Positions 34,083 through 46,300 of a stretch of 64,000 nucleotides of DNA are shown here, in pieces. This DNA is from Sporopachydermia quercuum (lineage: Eukaryota), in contig BCGN01000007.1 of the NCBI GenBank assembly GCA_001599295.1, positions 570,433 through 634,432 on the forward strand. The letters run 5' to 3'. The notes beneath the pieces were generated by a model, which saw nothing but the letters and a program-made list of their open reading frames with translations, was not told the DNA's origin and did not search any database. Within the stretch, counting starts at the first letter, position 1; each line of letters starts with the position of its first letter. A program made the position numbers and the translations under genes.

Positions 34083-35726
34083 CTACTCCTCTGCATCAGC
34101 AGTTGTTAAAATACCTTGAGAGTTGATATCTTCAGCGTACTTCACGATTTCAGGCACATGATCCCAGGCATTGCTCGTAGCTTTTAACTTACTGCGACTG
34201 ACTTTATCAACCAATTCAAGTTCTTGTTCTTTAGTATTTTGATTCGTAAGGCTTGGAATGAAATGATGAAAATCATAATCTTCAGCAAATACTCGGGTGA
34301 CTTCACGTTCACGATACTCCCAAGGAAAGATTGGGGGCAACTCCGGTTCTTCATTTTCTTCCTCGAAGATAGTTGCTAAATGATGCTCTTGATGTAATTG
34401 CTGTTCGTGATAGTTGTCCGCAACTTCAGCTACTTCGTGCATTTCATTTGTTTCAGTTAAAATATCCGGAGGAGGCGGCGGTGATGGCTCGTGGTAATGC
34501 TCTTGCTGATGGTGTTCTTGATGATGCTCTTGCTGATGCTCTTGGTGATTCTCATGATGATGCTCATGATGAAGCTCATGCTGAGGCTCTAAGTCCCACG
34601 CGTTATCATAAGATATATTCTGAGGTAGATTTTGGGCCTCAGGTTGTGATATAATTGGCGGAGCAAATTTCTCAGGGTTCCAGTCAGATTTTGGAGCCAC
34701 ATAAGTCTCAGTGTTTTCAAAATAGGAGGGGTCGTAGATTGGCGGAATAATATCAATTGAACGTGGAACGTAGTGTTTGTTTGATTCATTTGATTCATCT
34801 ATACCTCCTTGCCCTTCTGAGCCGGTTTCTTCCGGTTGTTCATTTACCAGAACATATTCGTTGTTGTATCTAATGATATCTTTGGGTTGGGTACCTTCAG
34901 GGAAATCTCCGTAGTATCTATTGTACATTTCCCACCATTTTTGATAGGGATAGGCAGTCAGGTTTGAATCGCTCAAGATTGGGTCACCCTGAGTGATATC
35001 CCAAGGCTTGATTGTAGCAGAAAAATTGAAAACTGCTACATCGTCATGATTTTGTTTAATCATAGGGGTATATTGGTAATGATCAGATGCAGTAACATTG
35101 AAATTGAATGAAATCTTGTTCCAATTTTCTTTGTTTTGCAAGTATTCGTCTTGGAAAAAGCAATTCAGCAATAATTGATCATTACCATCGAATTGATCCA
35201 AGGGCTTTTTGGAGCATTCGGTGATTGTATTGATCAACTGCTCAAATATGTTCTGATTGGGTTCTATAACGAATATTTTAGTGCTGAACAGATCTGGCCA
35301 GCCAATATCTGAGGCAGCAGAAATCTTGTAAGGATTCTTTTCTGTTGGTGTGTGTAGGGCAAATAAAGAGTCGACATTTTGAAGTACAACTGTTGAATTT
35401 TCGAAGTATGCAATTTTGTCGAACTGTGTATAATTCCAAAGAAATATTTTGTTGAGATAAGGTGAGTATAAAGGATATTCTGTAGAACTTGTAGAGTATT
35501 TATCAACATAAGTATCCTTAAGAGGGTTCAAAAAGATTATCTCATTGTAGACGCAGTTCAGTGAGCTAATAGTTTGGTCATCAAGGCCTTCACAGGCAAC
35601 CAGTAGAACTGTTGGATAGCTAGTGTTTGTCTCTTTGATACTTCTTCCTAACACAAGTACACTCTTGATAGCATCTTTTGAGCAAAGCAATGTCACATAA
35701 GCAAAACGTTTATCTGATGGTGCCAT
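34083..35726 (-). CDS. GLG1: Glycogenin homolog (GT8 fold) with degenerate catalytic motifs
   Basis: AYVTLL, LVLGRSI, AASDIGWPD, FDGNDQLLLN, YQYTP, KPW, C-terminal FPWE/AWD motifs; tandem with eIF4A like GLG1-TIF1. Confidence 0.88.
   Translation of the reverse strand: MAPSDKRFAYVTLLCSKDAIKSVLVLGRSIKETNTSYPTVLLVACEGLDDQTISSLNCVYNEIIFLNPLKDTYVDKYSTSSTEYPLYSPYLNKIFLWNYTQFDKIAYFENSTVVLQNVDSLFALHTPTEKNPYKISAASDIGWPDLFSTKIFVIEPNQNIFEQLINTITECSKKPLDQFDGNDQLLLNCFFQDEYLQNKENWNKISFNFNVTASDHYQYTPMIKQNHDDVAVFNFSATIKPWDITQGDPILSDSNLTAYPYQKWWEMYNRYYGDFPEGTQPKDIIRYNNEYVLVNEQPEETGSEGQGGIDESNESNKHYVPRSIDIIPPIYDPSYFENTETYVAPKSDWNPEKFAPPIISQPEAQNLPQNISYDNAWDLEPQHELHHEHHHENHQEHQQEHHQEHHQQEHYHEPSPPPPPDILTETNEMHEVAEVADNYHEQQLHQEHHLATIFEEENEEPELPPIFPWEYREREVTRVFAEDYDFHHFIPSLTNQNTKEQELELVDKVSRSKLKATSNAWDHVPEIVKYAEDINSQGILTTADAEE
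34490..34582 (-). repeat. His/Glu/Gln low-complexity codon repeat inside the glycogenin
   Basis: Encodes QHELHHEHHHENHQEHQQEHHQEHHQQEHYHE. Confidence 0.8.
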
Positions 35727-37736
35727 GATGGTGAATTACGCCTATGATAACGTTACAGCGTATGGATTAAAGTCCTAAGTTTTCTTGTCTTTTAGCTGAT
35801 TAAACCAACAGTTTGACTTAACTTGTAACCACCTTTGAATTCTGTCTCGATCTCAAAACTTCCACAAAGTGATGAAATTAATAACATTTATTTCTATTTG
35901 TATCTATGATTAAGTTATGAAGAAATATAACTATGAAAAAAAAAATATATATTTTATATTTCCAGCTGCTACATTTATCAGACAAGGGAACAACAGACAA
36001 GCAAGTACTCATCAATAATGGAAACGAACAAACAATATTATTAAACTTTTAATTCCCAACGTACATACAACAAAATGAAACTAAAGCAGATACATGCAGC
36101 TGGCTTCTGGTGAAGAAATAGGACAAATGGTAGGTACCTACTTGGCCCAACCGTTGAATCCAAATTATTAATTTCATACTACTGTTAAATAGTAGAAATT
36201 AACGAAGCAAAAAAAAAATTATATATATATATACATTCCATTTCTCTTGTTAAGAATCAAATCCCGTTTTTACTTTTATGCTTCCCCACTCTTTGTTTTA
36301 GTACTCTTTGTGATCCCTCTTTCTTTTTTTATTAAGAAATGTGAATTGAATTAGAAAAGCTTTCAAAAACGGTTCCCCTATACTTAACGTGAAAGTCAAT
36401 TCCGAGTAGACTTGCAAAAACTCAGTTATCATTTAACTTAGATTCAACTTTTATTAATTGTCCCACGATTTACCATATTTAAGGTTTCGAGTATTTCACA
36501 CAACATTCTCAAATCGGCAACATTGTTCCTAATATTAGAATATTCCAATTACACTGTATGCAGCTGTAAACTCTAAATGATTTTTAACAAGGACTGATGT
36601 GTTCTGAAAGTATGGAACCCATGAATTTGGAACACCACTGAAAACAAACAAACTATCACCGACTGGGGAAGACAAAGTGCATCTTTCATGAGTAGCCTAG
36701 ATGTAAAGAACGATAATAAATCATGATAGATGAGTAAAAAGATAAATAATGGGTATACACGGTTGAAGTGTATAATTAGGTAATGTGATTCTATCTGCTG
36801 TAAGTTGAAAGTTCCATTTGTTTTATATTCGTAGCTTCGTTTGGCATTTGTCCTTAGTGATAAACCAACCAATTTACGGATGTTCTTACTACACTCGTGA
36901 AGAAAGTCGTGGATGTGCTCAGGCACCGTTTCATTATGATCTCGATCGAGATTGAACTTATATTCTTTCTTATTTCTTTCGTCTTTAAGATTTTATATCG
37001 ATATTATGTTGGACAATTCTTAATCCACTTCTTCTAATAGCAGATGATTCGAAATTTATAATCAATTTGATTTCTTGAAATTAATTCAGTTCTTTCGTTA
37101 ATCATAATTTTCCGTATATAAAATAGAGTGCAAGGAGTAAATTGTAAATGATCTATCATCATATGCAATTGACTTTTCGTAATACCTTAAAATAAAGATT
37201 AACTCTATGAAGCAAACTATCAGCAGTAAACGACAACTCCGAATACTTGTCAATTAACTATAAAATAAAAGAATTTATCTACAAATGTATACGGCAAATA
37301 TTTTATATATGAAACACACAACCACTTTTACAGAACGTAAAAAATGGATGGTAAGGATAAACCATAACTGAAAGTACGTCAAGCAGAGTAATTCCTTTTA
37401 CAAATCAGACACTCACCAATAACCTCAAACATACAAGTAGACAATGCTTACGAAAAATGAAAGCAGACTAAATAAAAGGTTTACCCTCCTTATGATCGTA
37501 CTATATATTAATACACAAGGAAAGAGATCAACTACTTGGAAGAAACAAGGATTATGGAAAGAAAAGTGACAATGGAAAGGGTTACCACCACAGGACTAAA
37601 GCAATTAAACCTACTACTTAGTGGAAAAAAAAGTCGAACCAGCCATATAGCATACACTCTAACCTGCGAATCTCTTGTTCCTATATGCAGATAAGATGAA
37701 GCTTGAGTATCTTCGAAATAAAATGGTTCTTCTATC

Positions 37737-38756
37737 TTATGCAATACTCTCTAGCTTACTTTCAGACACAGTATCCAACTCTTGAACTATTGTTTCTCCA
37801 CTGCAAAAGACATCGATGTTTTCACTACCTTCCACTACTGGTTCTGAGGGAACATATCGAACCGGGATAAATTGATTGAGCCACATGTTCTGAAACAAAG
37901 AAAACGACGCCGAGCTTAGCCAATACAGACTAAGAGCAGCAGGAACATGATAAGAAAATACCATCATTCCAGCTCCTACCATTCGGGATACATTCACTAG
38001 CGAAGATACCAGACTTGGTCGTAAAGGATCTTTTTTTCCTCCAGCTCCTGATAATAGAAACATACTATTTNCTCTTAATTCAACGTTTGCGATCATACAA
38101 GCGCCAATAAGTATCGGTAGAATTCCGTATTGATCCGGTATCATCAAATTTTCAAGCCATAAAAAGCTTTCTTGTTGCAGCGAAGTATCAGCTGTGATCC
38201 CTTCAATGAACGTACTACCGGAAATACTTCGTATACTCAAAGAAACTATCATCCATATCGGCAGTTGAATAAAAGGAAGGACCAACGACTTCCAGGTTTG
38301 AACTCCATACTTCTTGAATAATTTCTTCTGTAGTTTTCTTCTTTCCTTTGCAGCTACCAATTGAATCTGACCTGGGGTTAACTCCTGCTTACCTTTTGTT
38401 TTTCTATGATTTGATACGGCTGCTAGTCTTGCTCTTAGTACTGGTCCAGTTGCCGACAAAATAGGTCGCAGATTCGTCTGAATCTGACTTCTTTTTTGGC
38501 TATTAAATGCTATTGCAAACGTCGTACATCCTCTTAAAATTACAGTCACTAATGGAATCAAGACAAACCAAGAAACACCCATTGCATGGATTGACTGTAA
38601 ACTCGCTGTCACAGGTGATATGAATGTGGCTAAATCTTGGGTTGGACTTGTCGAATGAAAACCTCTTGTCCTCGCAGTTGTGGGGTGACATGACAGAACA
38701 CGGATAGGAGTTAGGCTCCTCCGTACGGGATTTATTATTCTTATATATGCCAACAT
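37737..38756 (-). CDS. COX18: Mitochondrial Oxa1-family insertase Cox18
   Basis: Presequence-like N-terminus, LPFIQLPIW, FLWLENL..PD, LSLYWLSS..FSLFQN; adjacent to SPT4 as in S. cerevisiae. Confidence 0.9.
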   Translation of the reverse strand: MLAYIRIINPVRRSLTPIRVLSCHPTTARTRGFHSTSPTQDLATFISPVTASLQSIHAMGVSWFVLIPLVTVILRGCTTFAIAFNSQKRSQIQTNLRPILSATGPVLRARLAAVSNHRKTKGKQELTPGQIQLVAAKERRKLQKKLFKKYGVQTWKSLVLPFIQLPIWMIVSLSIRSISGSTFIEGITADTSLQQESFLWLENLMIPDQYGILPILIGACMIANVELRXNSMFLLSGAGGKKDPLRPSLVSSLVNVSRMVGAGMMVFSYHVPAALSLYWLSSASFSLFQNMWLNQFIPVRYVPSEPVVEGSENIDVFCSGETIVQELDTVSESKLESIA

Positions 38757-38930
38757 TGCATTCTGTATTGCGAGGTCAAAGAAGTTGATAAGTTGGTGGT
38801 AGTGTTAATTGGTTATCCGTCGATCTCGTAGAAATGCTGTTTCTACCGTTTGAAATATTTATATATCCAATTGACTAACAGTACTAAGGACATCAAAAAC
38901 CAGAAAAGCCGACTACGAAACAGCTGATTT

Positions 38931-39069
38931 GGTTACTAGAAGAACAATTGTGGATAGCCCATCGAAGTGACTACTGTTCTAACCAGATGACTCGTCTCGT
39001 TCTCTCTTCATTAATGATCTTTCCACCGTTCAAGACTAAGGAGAGATACAATGTGCGAGTTATACATGA
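38931..39069 (+). ncRNA. Candidate H/ACA snoRNA
   Basis: Hairpin (GGTT..AGAACA/TGTTCT AACC), H box AGATGA 38985-38990, second hairpin (ACTCG..CTCTCT/GGAGAG..CGAGT), ACA 39064-39066. Confidence 0.4.
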
Positions 39070-39603
39070 CGTATGATCTCACGAATCACATGACCCATAT
39101 GAAATTCAGCAAAATCATGTGATAATGGAAAGAGTGCTGCAGAATAAACCATTACTTTTCCTTGAGAAGAGTTAAACGATAAATAATAAGTTATCGAACC
39201 AGTAGTCAAGATTTGGCAGGCCGATGTAATATGATAGCAAACTACTCAGAGGACAAGTCAACGTAATGGATTAATCATCCATTGACGACCTGAAGTTTAC
39301 AGTAAGACTTTCATGTGAGAAANCTAAGGGACAAGAGAGAAGAAATACCTCCAATTTTTATACTATATAATACAAGAATACCATAAAATTGGCATAAATA
39401 TTACCCTCGCCGATGGTATAACGGGAAGTATCATGCGTAGCGATCAACAAGTATATCTGTTAATGTTGACAAACGGTGCCAAATGCTAGTCATAAGTTTT
39501 ATATTCACAATAAAACAGGGCTATTATACAAAAAAATTCCCAAAAAGTTCAAATTCTTTGCACACTGTAAAGCACGTAACCACAATATCAGCCAATAATG
39601 GAA

Positions 39604-40181
39604 TCATTCTACAGCTGAACCATCTCTGGGCCTATAATATACACCTCTATTCTCCAAATCTAATACGATATCCTGAGGGATTTTCCCGTTGACTTTCACG
39701 GCATACAGGCCTGGTTGAAACTCATCTACACGCAGCCATTTAGCAACCTAGAAATTTGGTCTAGTTAGATATCCGTGCTACAAAATATTCAAACTTTAAT
39801 TATGGTGTGTGAGATACGTACCCACGAACTTCCAGGATCTGAAATCGCAACAATACCTTCAAAAGCTGTCAAACTGGTTAGAATCATACTCAAATAATCA
39901 TAGCATACAAGCAGATGAAGACTGACGCAAAATTTACATACAAGGACTGGTACAATCTTGAACCAAGCTATCATCTGAACCAGAGAAGTTCAACACAGAT
40001 TCACAGTTAGGGCACCCTTTCGTTAGAAATGACTATTAACATTGTTAGTCTTAGTCAATAGTATTAATAAAAAAACCAAATGATTTTTAAGAAACAAAAA
40101 AGAAACCTTTAAAGATTCACTCACCCTGAATGGTTGAACAATACCACAGAGCATACAAGCTCTTTCTGATCTGGAGCTCAT
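39604..40181 (-). CDS. SPT4: Transcription elongation factor Spt4, 4 exons (introns 40033-40124, 39866-39941, 39748-39821)
   Basis: [35 protein letters not shown]; missed by the ORF track. Confidence 0.96.
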
Positions 40182-41016
40182 TCCGTTCAATTACCTGCTG
40201 TGTTTATTGTCCTTAGTAGCTGACTATGACTGAGTACCTTACAGCAACTAAAGCAACAATTAAATTACTCTCAAGAAAAAAAAAGTGCTAGTTAAAGTCG
40301 ACTTTTCTTTTCGTTTCTATAAGAATCAGAAGATGCGCTATTTCTTATTGCCTTGTTTAAAGGTAAGAGAAACAATACACCTTTTGATAGTTAACAGAAT
40401 TAATACGTTCTACTCAATCAATTACGTAACCTGACACCTCCTTTTTCTAAAAAAATAAGCCATCTAGTGAACGGTCGTCCTCAAATAGTCTTCAAACTTT
40501 TGTAGATTTCATAATTTCTAAAACATACTACTGATCATCTATGAACAGAGTTCTTTTTCATTATTTATTTCAGTTCTGTTCGTTCCTTAACCCTGTAAAC
40601 ATTTAAGATTACGCAATCTAAAATACCATTTTGATGAGCATTCATATCTGGTGATTGGGTGTAAAATCGAAAACAAGNTCAAAGCTCAAAAACGGTAGTC
40701 ACCTTTAACAATTAAAGGAATCGAATTTTCCAGATGGTGAGATACGAAACCTAATAACATATTCGGACATAGAGTGGCAGATCATTCTTCGAGAAAAAGC
40801 AATAGAGGAAACGGTGCGATCTTTGACAGTGGTGAGCTATAGAAACGAAGAAAGAGTATAATACTCCCCATGCTGGAGTTCCAGAGAATGAGAAAATTGG
40901 TATTTCGTGGAAACGATACATTTGCTGTAGTTCAATGAGTGTAAAGTGTGTACTGCGATAACGAAACAAACAGATCATTGGTATTCACAATTTCAACTAG
41001 AAAGGTACAATCGACA

Positions 41017-42129
41017 ATGTCTGAACCATCCAGTAATAGACCTAAAGTCTTTTTCGATATCTCAATTGGAGATGAACCGGTTGGCAAAGTTATCTTTGAA
41101 TTATTCTCAGATGTAGTTCCTAAGACCGCCGAAAACTTCCGCGCTTTATGTACAGGTGAGAAAGGAGAAGGAAGTGCAGGTAAACCTCTGTCCTACAAAA
41201 ATTCTATTTTTCACAGAGTAATCAAAAACTTTATGATCCAGGGTGGTGATTTCACAAATTTCAATGGTACAGGAGGAGAATCAATTTATGGTGAAAAATT
41301 CGAAGATGAAAATTTCGAACTTCAGCACGAGAAACCATTTCTTTTGTCAATGGCAAATGCTGGCCCTGGTACGAATGGAAGTCAATTCTTTGTCACGACC
41401 GTTCCAACTCCTCATTTAGACGGCAAGCATGTTGTATTTGGACAAGTTATTTCTGGCAAAGGTATAATAAGAAGAATTGAGAACACTTCTACATCAGCTG
41501 ATGATAAGCCAATAGAAGAGTGCAAGATTACTGATTGCGGTGAATTACCAAGTGATTTTGATATTATCTCAGTTAAGAAAGTCGATGACACTGGGGATAT
41601 TTACGAGGATTTCATTGAGGACGAAGAAACCGTTAATGTCGAGGACCATGAAACAGTGATCAAAGCAGTAACCACAATCAAGGAAATTGGAACCAAGTTG
41701 TTCAAAGCAGGNGATATAGCAAGAGCAAACGAAAAGTACNACAAAGCATCAAGGTATCTGAAAGGGTTTTTCCCATCAGATCTATCAGATGAGGATCTCT
41801 CCACCGTTACAAAATTGCGAGTTTCTGTGTTCTTGAATGTTGGTTTAACGTCTTTGAAACTTGGAAAGTATGATGATGTTATAACTGCTGCTGATGATGC
41901 TTTAGGTACTGAAGGTATTGATGATTTATCTAAATCAAAAGCCTATTATAGAAGAGGCTCCGCTTATCTTAAACTTAAGAGTGAAGAGAATGCTCAATCT
42001 GATTTTGAGCAAGCCTTGGCTTTAACACCTTGCGATAAAGCAATCGTCAAAGCATTAAGTGATGTGAAAACTGCTATCAAGCTACGTAAAGCCAGAGAAA
42101 GAACCGCATTCTCAAAATTCTTCAGATAA
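41017..42129 (+). CDS. CPR6: Cyclophilin-40 (PPIase + TPR) Hsp90 co-chaperone
   Basis: [56 protein letters not shown]. Confidence 0.94.
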   Translation: MSEPSSNRPKVFFDISIGDEPVGKVIFELFSDVVPKTAENFRALCTGEKGEGSAGKPLSYKNSIFHRVIKNFMIQGGDFTNFNGTGGESIYGEKFEDENFELQHEKPFLLSMANAGPGTNGSQFFVTTVPTPHLDGKHVVFGQVISGKGIIRRIENTSTSADDKPIEECKITDCGELPSDFDIISVKKVDDTGDIYEDFIEDEETVNVEDHETVIKAVTTIKEIGTKLFKAXDIARANEKYXKASRYLKGFFPSDLSDEDLSTVTKLRVSVFLNVGLTSLKLGKYDDVITAADDALGTEGIDDLSKSKAYYRRGSAYLKLKSEENAQSDFEQALALTPCDKAIVKALSDVKTAIKLRKARERTAFSKFFR

Positions 42130-43385
42130 ACCAGTTGAAACTTGATTCCGATCAAAGACATATATGCTGATAACTGATAATAAACCAGCAAACTTAAAAT
42201 AAAATAATCAGGTTAAAGAAAGAAAACCAACTTGTAGAGATTTTCGCAATAAGGCTAATTATTCTCCAAACGGATTTTCTATTACTGTTAATTAAACGTT
42301 CTATTCTATAATTTAATTTATCTATTAACTTTCCATTGCCTTATTTGTTCCTCCATAAGATAAGTCACATGTGAAATATATAAAGTCTCGTCTTGTTATC
42401 ATCCCAGTAATACAGTTTATGAATTTGAACCTTAGTGCAAAAATTGAATAGGCCACACAAATCCTATTTCGAAAAAGTATTTCGGAGACTCATACACCCA
42501 TTTCCACCATAGAAATTGAAATTGTGAACATCTGGAAAGTCTAGTTTAAGTATTCCATATTAAGAAATCCGAAATATTTCGGAAACTCCAACATCCACAC
42601 ATCGGAACTTATCCAACATTTTTATTGTGTTGACACACAAACTTTTCATATTGTACCACCAGCGGGGGGCAAGGCGAAACGCCGACAGTATGGGAATTTT
42701 GCTTGTTATTATATAGCGGAAAAAAACCCAACATATACATAGACAGCTGGTTGATTGACTAAGATGTAAGGTAAATAATAAATAAAACATTAAACGAATT
42801 AGGATCAGGACATCCAAAGGAATCAATTGCTCAGGTTAAATCAACTTATCTAAAGGAATCTTTTAATTAAGATATCTTTTTTGTTGATTGTTGTTCAGTC
42901 TGGTTTTGTTTTGTTTTGCAGTGTTGCGCTGTTGCGTTGTTGCGTTGTTGTGTTGAAGATTGTGGATTGATCGTTCAGAAGGGATATCAACCAAGTAGTA
43001 GATATTGATTGTTGAGGGATTAGTAGCTTTCTGTTGGTTGTCGGACGTTTTTTCTTTGTATTTTCAAGTGGCTTAAGGTGGAAAGGTGAAAATAGCTTTA
43101 TTGGGATTTGGGAAATCGTCGTTTGATAAGTTTTGTTTGTTTGTGTGTTGTATTGTATTGCTCAACAATTAACGTGTCTATACCATAAACCAGGTTAGAA
43201 ACTTATAAGTTAGTTGTCCTACATCAATACCTGCATGCGAGGTTTTGTTGGAGGGAAAGTGATTCAGAAGTATTCTTCAAACTTGTGTTGGAACAGGATT
43301 TATCATACTTGTTGAGACAGTGAAAAATTCAGCGAACGGAAAACTTCATAAACCCTTACTTTAGAAGTCTTAGCGCAAAATCACA

Positions 43386-46300
43386 ATGGCTAGTTCAATG
43401 TTTCCTTACTCTGGTGCTCCATTGAGGACCGTGAAAGAAGTATGTTTTCAATGAAGCAAGGATATCGGGAATAGTAGACACTATCTTTTGTATTGTCTCA
43501 CTTGTCACTCACAGACTTACTAACCAAATAATCAGGTCCAGTTTGGTCTACTTTCACCAGAGGAAATTGTATGAATCAAAATTTCATTTTGCTGTTCGTT
43601 GTTTTAACAACGAGGTAGAATTTCGAAAGATCTAGTGAATTAACAACATGTTTAGAGAGCAATTAGTGTAGCGAAAATTGAATACCCTGAAACAATGGAC
43701 GAAACTAGGAAAAGACCTAGAGATGGCGGACTGAGTGATCCTCGTTTAGGTACAATTGACAGAAATTTTCGATGCCAAACTGTAAGTTTATTGAGAAGGA
43801 AGCATTTCGTTCCATTTATTTTCAGTGGATTTTGTTACTTTTTCTCTTGACTTGATTTGTTAACATTTTTTCAATTTCAGTGTGGTGAAGGCCAATCAGA
43901 ATGTCCTGGCCATTTTGGTCACATCGAACTTGCAAAACCTGTATTTCATATTGGTAGGTAATATTTTATTGATGTTTGGCTGCAGTGGTAATGTAATTAT
44001 GATTACTCTTCTGAGACTAAATGAATTCTGCATTCTAATAACAAAATTCATGCAGGTTTCATCAATAAGATTAAAAAGGTTTGTGAATCAGTTTGCATGC
44101 ATTGCGGTAAGCTATTATTAGATGAAACCAACAAGCAATTCGCACAAGCCATTAAAATCAAGGATCCGAAGAAGAGATTCAACGCTGTTTGGTCACTTTG
44201 TAAAGGCAAAATGATCTGTGAGACCGATGTTGCTATTGATGGTGAATGGGGTAATGATCAAAAAATGTTTTCCCGTGGTGGTTGTGGTAACACTCAGCCA
44301 ACCATAAGAAGAGATGGATTAAAACTTACAGGCACATGGAAAAAAGATAAAAATTATGAAGATAGCGATCAGCCAGAGAGAAGAGTTATAACACCAGCTG
44401 AAATTTTAAACATTTTCAAGCATATTTCACCGGAAGATTCGACGAAGTTGGGATTCAACGAANATTTTGCTCGACCAGAGTGGATGATAATTTCTGTTCT
44501 ACCAGTTCCTCCACCACCAGTTAGACCATCTGTGGCAGTTAATGACACAGCTAGAAGCGAAGATGATTTGACATATAAATTGGCTGATATATTGAAAGCT
44601 AATGCTCAAGTACAAAGATGTGAACAAGAAGGTGCACCACAGCATGTCACTAGTGAGTTTGAAAACTTATTGCAATTTCACGTGGCCACTTATATGGACA
44701 ATGATATTGCCGGTCAACCACAAGCTTTACACAAGTCAGGAAGACCAATCAAAGCCATCAGAGCAAGATTGAAAGGTAAAGAAGGTAGACTCAGAGGTAA
44801 TCTTATGGGTAAGAGAGTAGATTTTTCTGCACGAACGGTCATCTCTGGTGATCCAAATTTAGATTTAGACCAAGTTGGTGTACCAAGAAGTATTGCGAGA
44901 ACTCTTACTTACCCTGAAACAGTTACCCCTTATAATATTCAAAGACTCAGTGAACTTGTACGCAATGGTCCCAATCAACATCCCGGTGCGCGTTACGTGA
45001 TAAGAGATACCGGGGATCGAATCGATTTGAGGTACCACAAAAGAGCTGGTGATATTGCTTTACAATTCGGCTGGAAAGTGGAACGGCATATCAACGATGG
45101 TGATCCCGTATTGTTCAACCGTCAACCGTCTTTACATAAAATGTCTATGATGGCCCATAGAGTTAGAGTAATGCCCTACTCAACATTCAGACTTAATTTG
45201 TCAGTAACATCACCTTACAATGCTGATTTCGATGGTGATGAAATGAACTTGCATGTTCCTCAATCTGAGGAAGCCAGAGCTGAGTTATCTCAACTCTGTT
45301 TAGTACCATTACAAATTGTGTCTCCTCAATCTAACAAACCTGTGATGGGTATTGTGCAAGATACATTGTGTGGTATCAGAAAAATGACTTTAAGAGACAA
45401 CTTTATAGAATATGACAAAGTGATGAATATTTGTTTCTGGATTCCTGACTGGGATGGTGTTATTCCGCCACCTGCTATACTCAAACCCAAACCATTGTGG
45501 ACTGGTAAACAGATGGCTTCAATGGCAATTCCTAAGGGTATTCATTTACAAAGAATTGATGACAAAAATAGGCTGAATCCTAAAGACAATAGCATGTTGA
45601 TCATTGACGGTGAGATAATTTATGGCGTTGTGGATAAGAAAAGTGTAGGAGCAACATCAGGTGGTATTATCCATACTATTAGGCAATCCAAAGGTCCTCA
45701 AGTTGCAGCCAAGTTTTTTGGTAATGTACAGAAAGTTGTTAACTACTGGTTATTACATAATGGGTTTTCTATTGGTATTGGTGACACCATCGCTGATGCT
45801 AGTACAATGAGAGAAATCACTACAACTATCGCTGACGCAAAGAAAAAGGTGGAAGAAATCACACTAAAAGCCCAACGTGATGAGTTAGAGCTTTTGCCTG
45901 GTATGACTTTAAGATCTACCTTTGAATCATTGGTTACCTCAGTTTTAAATCAGGCTCGTGATAATGCAGGTAAATCTTCGGAAGTTAACTTGAAAAATGA
46001 AAATAATGTCAAGCAAATGGTAGTTGCTGGTTCTAAAGGTTCTTTCATTAATATTTCTCAAATGTCTGCATGTGTTGGTCAACAAATTGTCGAAGGTAAA
46101 AGAGTTCCTTTTGGATTCTCTGATAGAACATTACCACATTTCACTAAAGATGATTACTCCCCAGAATCTAAGGGTTTTGTTGAGAATTCATACCTTCGTG
46201 GACTAACTCCTCAAGAATTTTTCTTCCACGCTATGGCTGGTAGAGAAGGTTTGATTGATACTGCGGTCAAAACTGCTGAAACAGGTTATATTCAAAGAAG

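Noticed and set aside
36573..36926. 117-codon ORF and nearby ATCTCGATCGAGAT palindrome
   Set aside because: Non-ATG start, no recognisable motif or splice partners
42448..42458. ATAGGCCACAC, complementary to the 25S GUGUGGCCUAU methylation region
   Set aside because: No D/D' box follows and no C box precedes it; likely chance
39604..45600. CUG codon reassignment (Ser or Ala)
   Set aside because: CTG occurs at conserved Leu or hydrophobic positions: Spt4 AKWL and GLYA, Cpr6 KPLSY, Rpb1 GGLSDPR and RLNPKD. The standard code fits.
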